Under the pieces are notes generated by a model. It did no database searches. It was given only the letters and a program-made list of their open reading frames with translations, and was not told where the DNA came from. A stretch of 55,154 bases of DNA from Shewanella sp. (GTDB lineage Bacteria > Pseudomonadota > Gammaproteobacteria > Enterobacterales > Shewanellaceae): NCBI RefSeq assembly GCF_051658185.1, contig NZ_JBOFMC010000067.1, positions 1-55,154 on the forward strand. Reading direction: 5' to 3'. A program made the position numbers and the translations under genes. This document shows positions 9,981 through 20,401 of this stretch, in pieces (position 1 is the first letter of the stretch; every line of letters starts with the position of its first letter).

Positions 9981-11423
9981 TCAGCGAGCTAACTTTGTGA
10001 TATCAATGGCTTGCCAATGGGGGAAGTGTTTACGCACCAGCGCGTTAAATTCAATTTCAAAGGCACTCAATTCCCTTGCCTGCGACAGGTTGGCGCCACT
10101 GCCTGCCACCACCATCACTGCGGCGACGGTGGCATTGCTTAACCTGTCGATAAGGATCATGCCGCCGGTATCGCGCACAAGGGCATAGGGGTCAAACACG
10201 ATCTCTTCGGTGAGTTCGAGGGTCACTCTAGCAATCCCATTAAGGCCGAGGGTGTCCGCGACGCTATGCCCTAAGGTATTAACATCAATCACATAATCGA
10301 TTGCCGCCACGATGGCTTGGGTCTTTTTGCCCGCGACCTTAATATCGTATAACTGCCCCAGTTGCAGCGGTTTTTCATCCATCCACACCATGTCTGCCGT
10401 AATGCGGTTGCCTACGGCTGGCGCCGAATCGGGCTTGGCGAGCAAATCACCGCGGGAAATATCAATTTCATCTTCGAGCGTAATCGTCACCGCCTGACCT
10501 GCAACAGCTTCGGCTAAATCACCATCGAAGGTCACAATCCGCGCCACTTTGCTGCGCTTACCAGAAGGCAACGCGACGACTTCCTCCCCCACCTTAAGCA
10601 TGCCTGAGGCCAAAGTGCCGGCAAAACCACGAAAGTCTAAGTGAGGCCGCGATACATATTGCACTGGCAAGCGCAGGGGCAAGGCGGCAAGTTCACGCTG
10701 CGTATCAATGGTTTCAAGTAGCTCAAGTAGGGTCCCACCGTGATACCAAGGACTCTGTTGACTGCGCTCGACCACGTTATCACCGTTGAGCGCCGATAAG
10801 GGCACATAATGGATATCGAGGGAGCCAAACCCCTTCACAAAGTCAGCAAAGTCGGCTCGAATTTGCTTAAAGATCTGCTCATCAAATCCCAGTAAATCCA
10901 TCTTATTGACCGCCACAATAAAATGGCGGATCCCCAGCAAAGAGGCGATAAACGCATGGCGCTTAGTTTGGGTTTGTACGCCATAACGGGCATCGACTAA
11001 GATCACCGCTAAATCACAGGTTGACGCCCCCGTCGCCATATTGCGGGTATACTGCTCATGGCCCGGGGTATCGGCAATAATAAATTTACGCTTATCGCTT
11101 GAAAAATAACGATATGCCACATCAATGGTGATACCTTGCTCACGCTCGGCCTGCAATCCATCCACCAGTAAGGCTAAGTCAATGGCTTCGCCGGTGGTGC
11201 CCATCTTGGCGCTGTCGCTTTTAAGGCTTGCCAGCTGGTCCTCATAAATTTGTGCACTGTCGTGTAACAGGCGGCCAATCAAAGTGCTTTTACCATCATC
11301 GACACTGCCACAGGTTAAAAACCGCAGTAGGCCCTTGTGTTGCTGTTGGGCTAAGTAGGCTTTTACCCCATGAAGGTTGATTTCTGCCGCCATGCGGTGG
11401 GTTTTATTGACTGCATTATCCAT
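9981..11423 (-). CDS. cysN: Sulfate adenylyltransferase subunit 1 (GTPase)
   Basis: [42 protein letters not shown]; start moved to ATG 11423. Confidence 0.96.
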   Translation of the reverse strand: MDNAVNKTHRMAAEINLHGVKAYLAQQQHKGLLRFLTCGSVDDGKSTLIGRLLHDSAQIYEDQLASLKSDSAKMGTTGEAIDLALLVDGLQAEREQGITIDVAYRYFSSDKRKFIIADTPGHEQYTRNMATGASTCDLAVILVDARYGVQTQTKRHAFIASLLGIRHFIVAVNKMDLLGFDEQIFKQIRADFADFVKGFGSLDIHYVPLSALNGDNVVERSQQSPWYHGGTLLELLETIDTQRELAALPLRLPVQYVSRPHLDFRGFAGTLASGMLKVGEEVVALPSGKRSKVARIVTFDGDLAEAVAGQAVTITLEDEIDISRGDLLAKPDSAPAVGNRITADMVWMDEKPLQLGQLYDIKVAGKKTQAIVAAIDYVIDVNTLGHSVADTLGLNGIARVTLELTEEIVFDPYALVRDTGGMILIDRLSNATVAAVMVVAGSGANLSQARELSAFEIEFNALVRKHFPHWQAIDITKLAR

Positions 11424-11540
11424 GTTTATCTCACTCTTGATCTGTGGCTTGCTGTTGCACTGCGTTGCTTGCACGAATATGGCATTGCTCAATGTTGGCA
11501 TTCGGTCAACATTCGCCCCTTGGGGGCGCAATGCTCAGCA

Positions 11541-12449
11541 TTAAAAGTAACCCTGGCGTTTTTTCTGCTCCATTGATGCGCTTTGATCGGAGTCGATCAG
11601 GCGCCCTTGGCGTTCGCTTGAACGTGTCAGCAGCATTTCTTCAATAATTTTTTCTAAATCATTGGCCTGTGAGTGCATCGCGGCGGTGAGCGGGTAACAC
11701 CCTAAGGTCCTAAAACGCACCACTTCTTGCCTTATCTGTTCCCCCTCAGCCAGCGGCATCCGCTCATCGTCCACCATAATTAATTGACCGGCGCGCTCCA
11801 CGACTGGCCGCGGCGCAGCAAAATACAGCGGGACTAACTCAATGTTTTCTTGATAGATATATTGCCAGATGTCGAGCTCAGTCCAGTTCGACAACGGGAA
11901 GACGCGAATACTCTCCCCTTTATTTACGGCACCATTGTAGGTACGCCATAATTCCGGCCGCTGATTTTTAGGATCCCAGCGATGGTGCCTATCGCGAAAG
12001 GAATACACCCGCTCCTTCGCCCGGGATTTTTCTTCATCCCGGCGCGCGCCCCCAAACGCGGCGTCAAAACCATAATGATTAAGGGCCTGCTTAAGCGCTT
12101 GGGTTTTCATGATGTCCGTGTGCTTAGCACTGCCATGGTCGAAGGGATTGATCCCCTGCGCCACGCCCTCAGGGTTAGTATGAGTGAATAACTCCAACCC
12201 AAATTTTTTAGCCTGAGCATCGCGAAAGGCGATCATCTCCTTAAATTTCCAGCCGGTATCAATGTGCAGCAATGGAAAGGGCAGCTTGCCCGGATAAAAG
12301 GCTTTACGGGCTAAGTGCAACATCACGGAAGAATCTTTACCGATGGAATAGAGCATCACTGGGTTATCAAATTCGGCGGCAACTTCACGAATAATCTGAA
12401 TACTCTCAGCTTCTAGTTGTTGTAAGTGGCTTAATTCACGTGAGGCCAT
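11541..12449 (-). CDS. cysD: Sulfate adenylyltransferase subunit 2
   Basis: [33 protein letters not shown]-terminal KKRQGYF. Confidence 0.98.
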   Translation of the reverse strand: MASRELSHLQQLEAESIQIIREVAAEFDNPVMLYSIGKDSSVMLHLARKAFYPGKLPFPLLHIDTGWKFKEMIAFRDAQAKKFGLELFTHTNPEGVAQGINPFDHGSAKHTDIMKTQALKQALNHYGFDAAFGGARRDEEKSRAKERVYSFRDRHHRWDPKNQRPELWRTYNGAVNKGESIRVFPLSNWTELDIWQYIYQENIELVPLYFAAPRPVVERAGQLIMVDDERMPLAEGEQIRQEVVRFRTLGCYPLTAAMHSQANDLEKIIEEMLLTRSSERQGRLIDSDQSASMEQKKRQGYF

Positions 12450-12532
12450 ACTGTATTCTCCGGTTAACTTAACGATGCGGTGCTGTCTAGGCTGCTGTTA
12501 TAGATGACGTTATTGGTAATGATGTTGATAGA

Positions 12533-13381
12533 TTAAGTGCCCAAGGTATTTGTCAATACCATGGCCGTCTGGGGCGATTGCGTGACATACTCGGCGCGGC
12601 CTTGCTGCTCTGCTGTAAACCAATCTAGGCTGTCACACAGCGCCACCACTTCACCGATAATCATCAATGCGGGCATCTGCAAGGCGGGATCGGCGGCAAG
12701 CTGCTCAAGCTCTGCTAAACAACCAATAAACCGCCGCTGCTCAGCGGTGGTCGCCTTAGCAATGATCGCTACAGGCGTATGTGGACTGCGCCCGGCATTC
12801 AATAAACCTTGGCGAATAATGCTGGCATTCAAAATCCCCATATACACCACTAAGGTATTGTGAGGATTAGCATAGCCCTGCCAATCCATTGGGCGGCTAT
12901 CTGCCTGACAATGGCCAGTAATAAAAGTGACCCCTTGGGCATAGTCTCTGTGGGTCAAAGGGATGCCGCCATAGGCCGCCGCGCCAGTGGCGGCAGTAAT
13001 ACCGGGGACAACTTCAAACGCCACTCCCGCTTCCACTAAGGTTTGTAATTCTTCGCCACCACGGCCGAAAATGAAGGGATCCCCCCCTTTTAGGCGTACA
13101 ACCTGCTTACGGGTATAGGCTTTCGTTACCAGTAGCTGATTAATCTCATGTTGAGCCGCGCTGTGTTCCCCCGCCCGCTTACCGACGGCGATTTTCTCGG
13201 CCTCTTTAGGAATAAGTTCGAGGATCTCTTGGCTAACAAGGGCGTCATACAGCACCACATCAGCCATTTTAAGCACCCGCAATGCCTTGACTGTCAGTAG
13301 CTCTGCATCGCCGGGACCTGCGCCCACCAACCATACTTTGCCCTTAAGGGTTTGGCCTGGTAAAGATAAAATTTCCATCAT
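12533..13381 (-). CDS. cobA: Uroporphyrinogen-III C-methyltransferase (stand-alone CysG-A/CobA domain)
   Basis: LVGAGPGD, RLKGGDPFIFGRGGEE, VPGITAA, IPLTHRD; no N-terminal dehydrogenase/chelatase domain. Confidence 0.92.
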   Translation of the reverse strand: MMEILSLPGQTLKGKVWLVGAGPGDAELLTVKALRVLKMADVVLYDALVSQEILELIPKEAEKIAVGKRAGEHSAAQHEINQLLVTKAYTRKQVVRLKGGDPFIFGRGGEELQTLVEAGVAFEVVPGITAATGAAAYGGIPLTHRDYAQGVTFITGHCQADSRPMDWQGYANPHNTLVVYMGILNASIIRQGLLNAGRSPHTPVAIIAKATTAEQRRFIGCLAELEQLAADPALQMPALMIIGEVVALCDSLDWFTAEQQGRAEYVTQSPQTAMVLTNTLGT

Positions 13382-13480
13382 ATTCCCCAGCGTTGCGATA
13401 GTCTGTGGCGCATGAGCCGATGAAGCTCTCGCTCGTACACATCAATCCATAAAACATCAGTACGTCAGAATATAACGCCT

Positions 13481-13535
13481 CTTATATTCCCCAATAAATA
13501 TAAAATAGTTAGTTTTTATATCTTTTTGCGATAAG
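13481..13535 (-). promoter_or_regulatory. AT-rich promoter region of cobA-cysDNC, candidate CysB/LysR site
   Basis: ATAAAAT..TTTTTATATCTTTTTGCGATA resembles the tract upstream of cysJ; inference from cys-regulon context. Confidence 0.4.
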
Positions 13536-13907
13536 AGAATAAAAGCATGCCCTAAACGGGCTGCACTCTCCCAGCATAGGGATAACATCGAGAACGAAAC
13601 AAGGTTAAAATATTGAATTTAAATATATTTATGTATTGACGAAATTGACCAACAGTATCGCTGTCGTCATTTTTGAACTATGTTATTGCCAAAAAATCTA
13701 CGGCATTCCCTCACATCATCTGCCGCATGCGGCAAAGGTCACAACCGACCACACAGGCCAACCATGTTGGCCCCACAATACATCAGAAGGTACCGTATTC
13801 AGGTTGTAGGATGGGATCAAAAGATGACAGCGAGCAAAAAATAGCCATACTTCTATTGCTCATTGGCACTCCGCCCTCGCTCAAGGTGGCTCACAAGTGC
13901 TGTAAAA

Positions 13908-13952
13908 AATGCGGTTAAACAAACAATGCGGTTAAACAAACAATACGGTTAA
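13908..13952. repeat. 17-bp tandem repeat, about 2.6 units
   Basis: AATGCGGTTAAACAAAC twice, then AATACGGTTAA. Confidence 0.85.
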
Positions 13953-14172
13953 GCCGTCCATAATGACGATTGAGTGTACCAACGAGCGCTTTGGAGGCCC
14001 TTTGGGCACATTGCTTTAAGCATGATAACGCCTTAAGCATGGTAGACGGCCTTAGGCCATAGAGGGTTGAGCGCTACAGCCATCAACTCACCCAAACGGG
14101 GTTAAATGAACACCGTAAACTAAAAATAGCCGCGCAGTATCAATAAACATGCGCCTAATTTCATGGGGAAAT

Positions 14173-15753
14173 ATGGATTTTAGCTACCGCCGGACGGTGA
14201 TAATACTGGCCTTCATCATTATCTCGAGCCTCATTAAGCTCGCCGATTTTGCGATTGCAGATCATCAACCGCCAGCCATGCTCACCGCGCAGGAAGTCCG
14301 CCAAGATTTATTCAGCTTACTGAGTCAAATTGAGCAGCACTCGGCCTTTTATGCCCTTAACCCAGAGCAGCATTGGCCGCAACTCACCCATTGGGCAAGC
14401 TTAATCAGCAGCCAATCGTCGGATCAAATGAGCCGTGAGCGCTTCGCCGCGCAAATAACCAAATTAATCAATGTCATCAAAGATCCCGGCATGTTAGTGC
14501 GCGATAATCTCGCCGAGCACGGCGACCTACCTTTTATCTTGAGGCCGTTAAATGAGCAATGGTTAGCGTTAGATAGCCAGCACCATCCGCTCGACCCGCG
14601 CTTTCCGTTTGTGACTCACATTGATGGCTTACCCTTAAGTAAATGGATAGCAGCAAGCCAAGCCTATCTGCCCGAATCCACCAAAGACAGCCAAGAGATG
14701 CAGCGGCCTTGGCTCAGTAAACTCCAGCTCTTACGTGAGGATTTAGGCTTAAGCATTAAACCCTTTGTATTAATAACCTTAACGAATGACGCCTTAGACA
14801 CTCGCCAACTTGAACTCGCGATCGCCCCCCGCCACTCAATGGCCGCAGCCACAAAAGCCAAATCCAGCCCATCGGTTGAACTCAGTTTTCAGGGCTTACT
14901 TGAGCAACTCGTGTCCTTGACGCCTAAATCGTCAGCACCCGCAAGTGCTGAACTCGAAACCATCAACAGTACCACCGCCCGACTAAAACTGAATGATCTC
15001 TATGCCTTTGGCACCGATCCAAAGTTACAGCAAACCTTATTGAAGGGGATGGAGCAGCCGCTGCTCGTGCTCGATCTGAGGGACGCGAGCGGCTTTAGCC
15101 CTAAATTACTGACCCTACTTGCGCGCTATCAAGATCCACAGGCTCCTCACTCCGATGCCAAGCGGGCTGAACCAATGGCACATATCATGGGATTTGCCCA
15201 TTATCGCCGCTCTAGCACATTGCGTAATGACCACTTACAACCCTTAAGTTTTATGCCTCTGGCGCAGTTCTCACCACGCTCGCGGCAGGCAAATAAGCTC
15301 ACAGACTATCTCCCCCCAGTCGATGAGCGCCAATTCAGCCCTTGGTTTATCCGCACCCAGCCCTTGGTGCCGCCCCAAGGCCATAATCGCCTCGCACTGC
15401 TTGTCAGCCCTCGCTGCAGGCAGGAATGCGAATGGATTGCCTATAAAACCAAAACCTGGTCACGGGTACAATTGATCGGCGAAAAAACGTCAGGGGATTT
15501 TGCCAAACAATATCGCTTTAACTTACCCAATAGCGACGTCGAAATCCGCCTGAGCAGCGCACTCATCTATGATGCCAATGGAAAATTGCTTTCAGGCAAT
15601 GGCACCGAACCCGATATTGGGTTACCGCAAAATACCGATATTGAGTGGCAAGGCTTAGTCAGCTTAGTGATGGCGGCTAAACCTAAGCAGCCACAGCAGT
15701 ATCAAGCAGCCTATACCGCAGCGCATGTCAGCCAAGTTGCCACAGCCAACTAA
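14173..15753 (+). CDS. Exported/membrane-anchored S41 (tail-specific protease)-fold protein with altered catalytic motif
   Basis: N-terminal TM; LVLDLRDASG, IGEKTSG, F.LPNS, G.G.EPDI landmarks; the SASE-type motif is replaced by SPRCRQECE. Confidence 0.7.
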   Translation: MDFSYRRTVIILAFIIISSLIKLADFAIADHQPPAMLTAQEVRQDLFSLLSQIEQHSAFYALNPEQHWPQLTHWASLISSQSSDQMSRERFAAQITKLINVIKDPGMLVRDNLAEHGDLPFILRPLNEQWLALDSQHHPLDPRFPFVTHIDGLPLSKWIAASQAYLPESTKDSQEMQRPWLSKLQLLREDLGLSIKPFVLITLTNDALDTRQLELAIAPRHSMAAATKAKSSPSVELSFQGLLEQLVSLTPKSSAPASAELETINSTTARLKLNDLYAFGTDPKLQQTLLKGMEQPLLVLDLRDASGFSPKLLTLLARYQDPQAPHSDAKRAEPMAHIMGFAHYRRSSTLRNDHLQPLSFMPLAQFSPRSRQANKLTDYLPPVDERQFSPWFIRTQPLVPPQGHNRLALLVSPRCRQECEWIAYKTKTWSRVQLIGEKTSGDFAKQYRFNLPNSDVEIRLSSALIYDANGKLLSGNGTEPDIGLPQNTDIEWQGLVSLVMAAKPKQPQQYQAAYTAAHVSQVATAN

Positions 15754-15885
15754 CTCGCGATACTCACGCGCCAGGACAAACTCACTCGCCTGACAAACTG
15801 ACTCACAGCGACCAACTCACTCGTGACAGCCAATTTATTCACCTCTACCAACTTACTCGCCACAACTAAGCTTGCTACAACTAAG
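15739..15885. repeat. Degenerate ~18-bp C/A-rich array seeded from the CDS 3' end
   Basis: GCCACAGCCAACTAACTC (contains the TAA stop), GCCAGGACAAACTCACTC, GCCTGACAAACTGACTC, ACAGCGACCAACTCACTC, GTGACAGCCAATTTATTC, ACCTCTACCAACTTACTC. Confidence 0.75.
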
Positions 15886-15913
15886 TCACTGTTATTTATA
15901 GGAAGTGACCCAT

Positions 15914-15963
15914 ATTAAAACGACACACATTGAAAACGGCAACGATTGAAAACAACAAACATT
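15914..15963. repeat. 15-16-bp tandem array, 3 units (ATTGAAAAC core)
   Basis: ATTAAAACGACACAC, ATTGAAAACGGCAACG, ATTGAAAACAACAAAC. Confidence 0.7.
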
Positions 15964-16153
15964 ACAAGCGTGTATTTTTGGCATCCTTGGCATAGTCTGA
16001 AGGTAGCAAGGCTAACTCTCGCTAAACATTAACTTCGAACATCATCACCCCTTTCCCGCACAGCTCACCCTAATGGAGTGACGCGCTTACCGCATCAGCC
16101 CCATCATCTGGACCTATCATCCACGCGCAATAAAAACACCGACAACCACAGAT

Positions 16154-16939
16154 TTAGTCGATCCCATGCACTTTATGTAAGGTGACATCACCGAGCTGGC
16201 GCATTTGTTTGCGGATCCACTGGGCACGGCGCTCAACATAAGCCGACGCAGGGGATACTTTATAGCGCCAGGGATTGGGTAGCGCTGCGGCCAATAATGA
16301 TGCTTCAACTCGCGTTAATTGAGCCGCTGGCCGCCCAAAATAATGCTTGGCAGCAGCCTCGGCCCCATATATCCCCGGTCCAAATTCCACAATGTTTAAA
16401 TACACTTCAAGGATCCGCGATTTATCCCAAAATAGCTCCATTAACATGGTAAACCATGCTTCGATGCCTTTACGTATAAAACTGCGGCTCGACCACATGA
16501 ACAGATTTTTCGCGGTTTGTTGGCTTAGGGTGCTGGCACCGCGCACCTTGTTGCCCCGTTGGTTATATTTCAGAGCAGCACTTATCGCCGCTAGATCAAA
16601 ACCACGATGTTCGGCAAATTTTTGATCTTCGGCGGCAATCACGGCTAACTGCAGCTCTTTAGAAATTTTAGAAATATCAACCCATTGATGCCTAACAACC
16701 GCGATCTCGGCGGGAGGAAACAACGCCCGCTCGATCCGCCAAGTCCAAAGGGGAGGATCAATAAAGCGCAAGCTCACCACCAGCATCATTGAGCTTAATC
16801 CCAGTACGCACATCAGCTTACACAGCATGAACGCTAACCGCTTAAGGCGAGATGTGAACGATGTTGGCCTTGGCCGTGGACTGCGGTTGTGGGAAGGAGG
16901 ATTGGCATGATCGCGCATCGCATACAAGGGGGCGTTCAT
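16154..16939 (-). CDS. mtgA: Monofunctional biosynthetic peptidoglycan transglycosylase
   Basis: AAEDQKF, RGASTLSQQTAKNLF, RKGIEAW, LEVYLN; exact start uncertain. Confidence 0.94.
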   Translation of the reverse strand: MNAPLYAMRDHANPPSHNRSPRPRPTSFTSRLKRLAFMLCKLMCVLGLSSMMLVVSLRFIDPPLWTWRIERALFPPAEIAVVRHQWVDISKISKELQLAVIAAEDQKFAEHRGFDLAAISAALKYNQRGNKVRGASTLSQQTAKNLFMWSSRSFIRKGIEAWFTMLMELFWDKSRILEVYLNIVEFGPGIYGAEAAAKHYFGRPAAQLTRVEASLLAAALPNPWRYKVSPASAYVERRAQWIRKQMRQLGDVTLHKVHGID

Positions 16940-17829
16940 TCATTGAGTCTCATTAGGGGAACGGCATTATGGTGCAAGTATTCTCATGGATTATCAACAC
17001 CTTCAATGCCAAGATACGCACGCATTATCGGCCCTTAACCCAAAGAGTCACCCACGCATTTACGCATGCGTGCAGCAGTAATTGAATCGATAGAGTGACA
17101 CAAAGCCATGAGGAAGCCGAGCTTAAAAGCGCAATCGCGATAACGAGCATCGTTGGCACAATAAAATGAACATAAGAATGGACACAACAGGATAAAAGTA
17201 AAGAAGGTAAACGAAGGAGGCCTAGCCCAACCTCGGCAGCTTGTCAGGCAGCTGGCCGAGGTAAAGATCACTGATCAACCCGCGCTAGCAAGTCAACCAA
17301 ACTGCTTAACACTCGCGGCGGCGAGTCAGATTTTTCGAAAGCATCAGGTTGTTATCTGCTTGGCGGATATTGACTGTGAACTGCGACGAGTCTCGTTCGA
17401 CAGCAAACCCAGCCCATCAATAACGATATTCAGCCACTTACCAGCCAGCCAATCGACAGCGAATCAACCCAGTGTACTTACGCAAAACCATCTACGGGAA
17501 CGTCAAAATATAGCTCAGCCTTTGCTAATGTGCATAACTCTGTGGGCAAAAATGTACAATTTTTAAGCCCAGCGCTGAGCGGGATAAGCCTAGCACTGCA
17601 CGCCGCTCGCCCGGAGATCTTGAACTTAACTGGATACTGTGAACCTATAATGACAAACACATTGATCTTTAGGCTAAATCGTCAACGCCCAAGACGTCGC
17701 CATCAAGCCAACTCGCACGCTATCCCGCCAAGTGCGGGCGAGGATGCCCCGATGACCAACAGCCCAATGGCAAAATACTGCATGACGAACTGCCCAAAGA
17801 CCCAGTGTCTGCCAAGTTAACATCCGCAG

Positions 17830-18609
17830 CTAGATATCGTAATGCAGGCCACATTCGCGTTTAAGGCCATTAAAGCGAGTCTGCTCCTCCGTCATCCCAA
17901 GCTCAAGCGGCTTAGTGGAGTGGGTATCGCCAACCGAGACATAACCCTGCTCCCACAGCGGATGATAAGGCAGCCCATGCGCAGTTAAATACTGGTGCAC
18001 CTCTTTATTGCCCCAATCGACAATGGGTAATAATTTAAAGCGGTCGCCATGGATGGCTAAAATGGGCAGCGCCTCGCGGCTGCTCGCTTGACTGCGCCTC
18101 AGCCCCGCCAACCAAGTCCCTACCCCAAGCTCTGCCAAGGCGCGTTGCATGGGTTCAACTTTATTGAGGCGATTGTATTGTTCGAGCCCCGCCAGCCCCT
18201 GCTCCCACAATTTGCCAAAGCGCGCTTCTTGCCACGCGGGGGTCATTGGCGCTTGATACACTTTGATATTCAATGACAAACGCTCGGTCAGCTCATCAAC
18301 AAACCGATAGGTTTCGGGAAATAAGTAGCCAGTATCCGTCAAGATAACGGGAATATCGGCCTGCACTTGACTGGCCATATGCAGCATCACCGCAGCTTGA
18401 ATGCCAAAGCTGGATGACAGTGCGTGGCTGCCGGGCAAATAAGCCAGCCCCCACAGCAGCCGCTCCGGCGCACTTAAGCTAGCCAGCACTTGATTGATTG
18501 CTGCCAGCGCAAGCGCTTGCTCGTCCTTAGGCGCTGTCAGTAACGCCGCCAGCTCGCCAGCACTAGGCAGCCCTGGCACTGCCATTGTCGGTTGTTTAAG
18601 AAAAGTCAT
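17830..18609 (-). CDS. cysH: Phosphoadenosine phosphosulfate (PAPS) reductase
   Basis: [27 protein letters not shown], terminal RECGLH; start set at the ATG overlapping the cysI end. Confidence 0.95.
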   Translation of the reverse strand: MTFLKQPTMAVPGLPSAGELAALLTAPKDEQALALAAINQVLASLSAPERLLWGLAYLPGSHALSSSFGIQAAVMLHMASQVQADIPVILTDTGYLFPETYRFVDELTERLSLNIKVYQAPMTPAWQEARFGKLWEQGLAGLEQYNRLNKVEPMQRALAELGVGTWLAGLRRSQASSREALPILAIHGDRFKLLPIVDWGNKEVHQYLTAHGLPYHPLWEQGYVSVGDTHSTKPLELGMTEEQTRFNGLKRECGLHYDI

Positions 18610-20299
18610 GGAAATCCTTAGCGGCATCGAGCACCGCCTTCACCACGCCCACACGGACGGTGAAATTACCAAAGGTTTCGCCAGCATCACGCTCTAGGGC
18701 GTAGCGAGCAAACAGGGCATCGAGCTCGGCTAGGATGTCCGCCTCTTGGATATTTTCGCGATACATTTTATTCAAGCGCGTGCCTTCAAAATTAGCCCCC
18801 AAATATAAATTGTAACGCCCCGGTGCTTTGCCGACTAAGCCAATTTCGGCGGCAAATGGCCGCGCACAGCCGTTAGGACATCCCGTCATGCGCACCACAA
18901 TGGCTTGGTCGCTGATCCCATGTTTAGCCTGCAGCGCATCGATATGATCAATAAACTCCGGGAAATAACGCTCAGCTTCAGCCATCGCGAGCGGGCAGGT
19001 TGGCAACGCCACGCAGGCAATCGAATGGCCGCGAGTTTGGGTGAGCACTTGGCCGAGCAGACCGTGTTTACGGGCTAAGCCCTCAATAGTGGCTTTATCT
19101 TGTGCCGCGACCCCAGCAATGATCATATTTTGATTCGAGGTCATACGAAAATCGCCTTTATGGATTTTGGCAATTTCCCTAAGGCCTGTTTGTAGGGTTT
19201 GGCCGGGGGAATCTTTAATACGGCCACTCTCGATAAAGAGGGTTAAATGCCATTTGCCATCCACACCTTCGACCCAACCATAACGATCGCCGCGATCGCC
19301 AATCACTACATCGCGCTTAGGCTCAAATTTAACGCCGGCGCGGGCTTCAACCTCGGCTTTAAACTTGTCATAGCCGTGGTCAACAATCGTGTATTTAAGG
19401 CGTGAACGCTTACGATTACTGCGATTACCCCAGTCACGCTGCACTGTCATGACCGCCTCGGCAAACTTCATCACATCTGCGGTTTTGATAAAGCCAAAAT
19501 CGTCAGCTAGGCGGGGGAAGGTTTCCACCTCACCGTGGGTGGAGCCCATGCCACCGCCGGCGGTTAAGTTAAAGCCCACCAACTCGCCCTGTTCAGCCAC
19601 GGCGATAAAGCCTAAATCATTGGTATAAACATCAACATCGTTATCGGGCGGTACGGCAACGGCCATTTTAAACTTACGCGGCAAGTAGGTTTTACCGTAC
19701 ACCGGCTCGACGGTGTCATCTTCCGTCGTCAGCAATTTGTCTTCATCTAACCAGATTTCAGCATAGGCACGGGTGTGCGGCAGCAGATGATCCGACAGTT
19801 GTTTGGCGACCTCGTAAGCCTGCTGGTGCAACTTCGATTCCACCGGATTGGGGTTACACATCACGTTGCGGTTCACATCACCACAGGCAGCAATCGAGTC
19901 AAGCGCTTCGCGATCTAACCCTTGGATAATCGTTTTTAAATTACGCTTAGGAATACCGTGATACTGAAACGTTTGCCGGGTCGTTAACCGAATACTGTTG
20001 GAATGGGTCAGGCTCGAGGCAATTTTATCAACGCCTAACCATTGTTTTGGGGTGCACACGCCACCGGGTACGCGGGCGCGCAACATAAAACTGTATAGGG
20101 GCTCGAGTTTTTGCGCTTTGCGTTCGTTGCGTAAATCACGGTCATCCTGCTGATAAAAGCCATGAAACTTAATAAGCTGCTGATCGCCATCGCTAAAACT
20201 GCCAGTCACCGCAGAATCTAATCCTTCTTTAATGGTGCCCCGCAGATAATCACTGTCGGTTTTTAGGTATTCGTTTAACGCTAACTTTTGCTCACTCAT
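18596..20299 (-). CDS. cysI: Sulfite reductase (NADPH) hemoprotein subunit
   Basis: [26 protein letters not shown] and MTGCPNGC siroheme/4Fe-4S ligands. Confidence 0.98.
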   Translation of the reverse strand: MSEQKLALNEYLKTDSDYLRGTIKEGLDSAVTGSFSDGDQQLIKFHGFYQQDDRDLRNERKAQKLEPLYSFMLRARVPGGVCTPKQWLGVDKIASSLTHSNSIRLTTRQTFQYHGIPKRNLKTIIQGLDREALDSIAACGDVNRNVMCNPNPVESKLHQQAYEVAKQLSDHLLPHTRAYAEIWLDEDKLLTTEDDTVEPVYGKTYLPRKFKMAVAVPPDNDVDVYTNDLGFIAVAEQGELVGFNLTAGGGMGSTHGEVETFPRLADDFGFIKTADVMKFAEAVMTVQRDWGNRSNRKRSRLKYTIVDHGYDKFKAEVEARAGVKFEPKRDVVIGDRGDRYGWVEGVDGKWHLTLFIESGRIKDSPGQTLQTGLREIAKIHKGDFRMTSNQNMIIAGVAAQDKATIEGLARKHGLLGQVLTQTRGHSIACVALPTCPLAMAEAERYFPEFIDHIDALQAKHGISDQAIVVRMTGCPNGCARPFAAEIGLVGKAPGRYNLYLGANFEGTRLNKMYRENIQEADILAELDALFARYALERDAGETFGNFTVRVGVVKAVLDAAKDFHDFS

Positions 20300-20371
20300 G
20301 GCAACGACCTCATTTATTCGTTTGGCAGCCGCATCTCTGGGGATGCGGCGCGGTTATCGGTGGCGACAATT

Positions 20372-20401
20372 CAGTTAATTAGTGCACAGTTAATTAGTAC
20401 A
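20372..20401. repeat. 15-bp tandem duplication spanning the cysJ stop codon
   Basis: CAGTTAATTAGTGCA followed by CAGTTAATTAGTACA. Confidence 0.8.

Noticed and set aside
17035..17820. Four short ORFs between mtgA and cysH
   Set aside because: Mutually overlapping, weak starts, no motifs.
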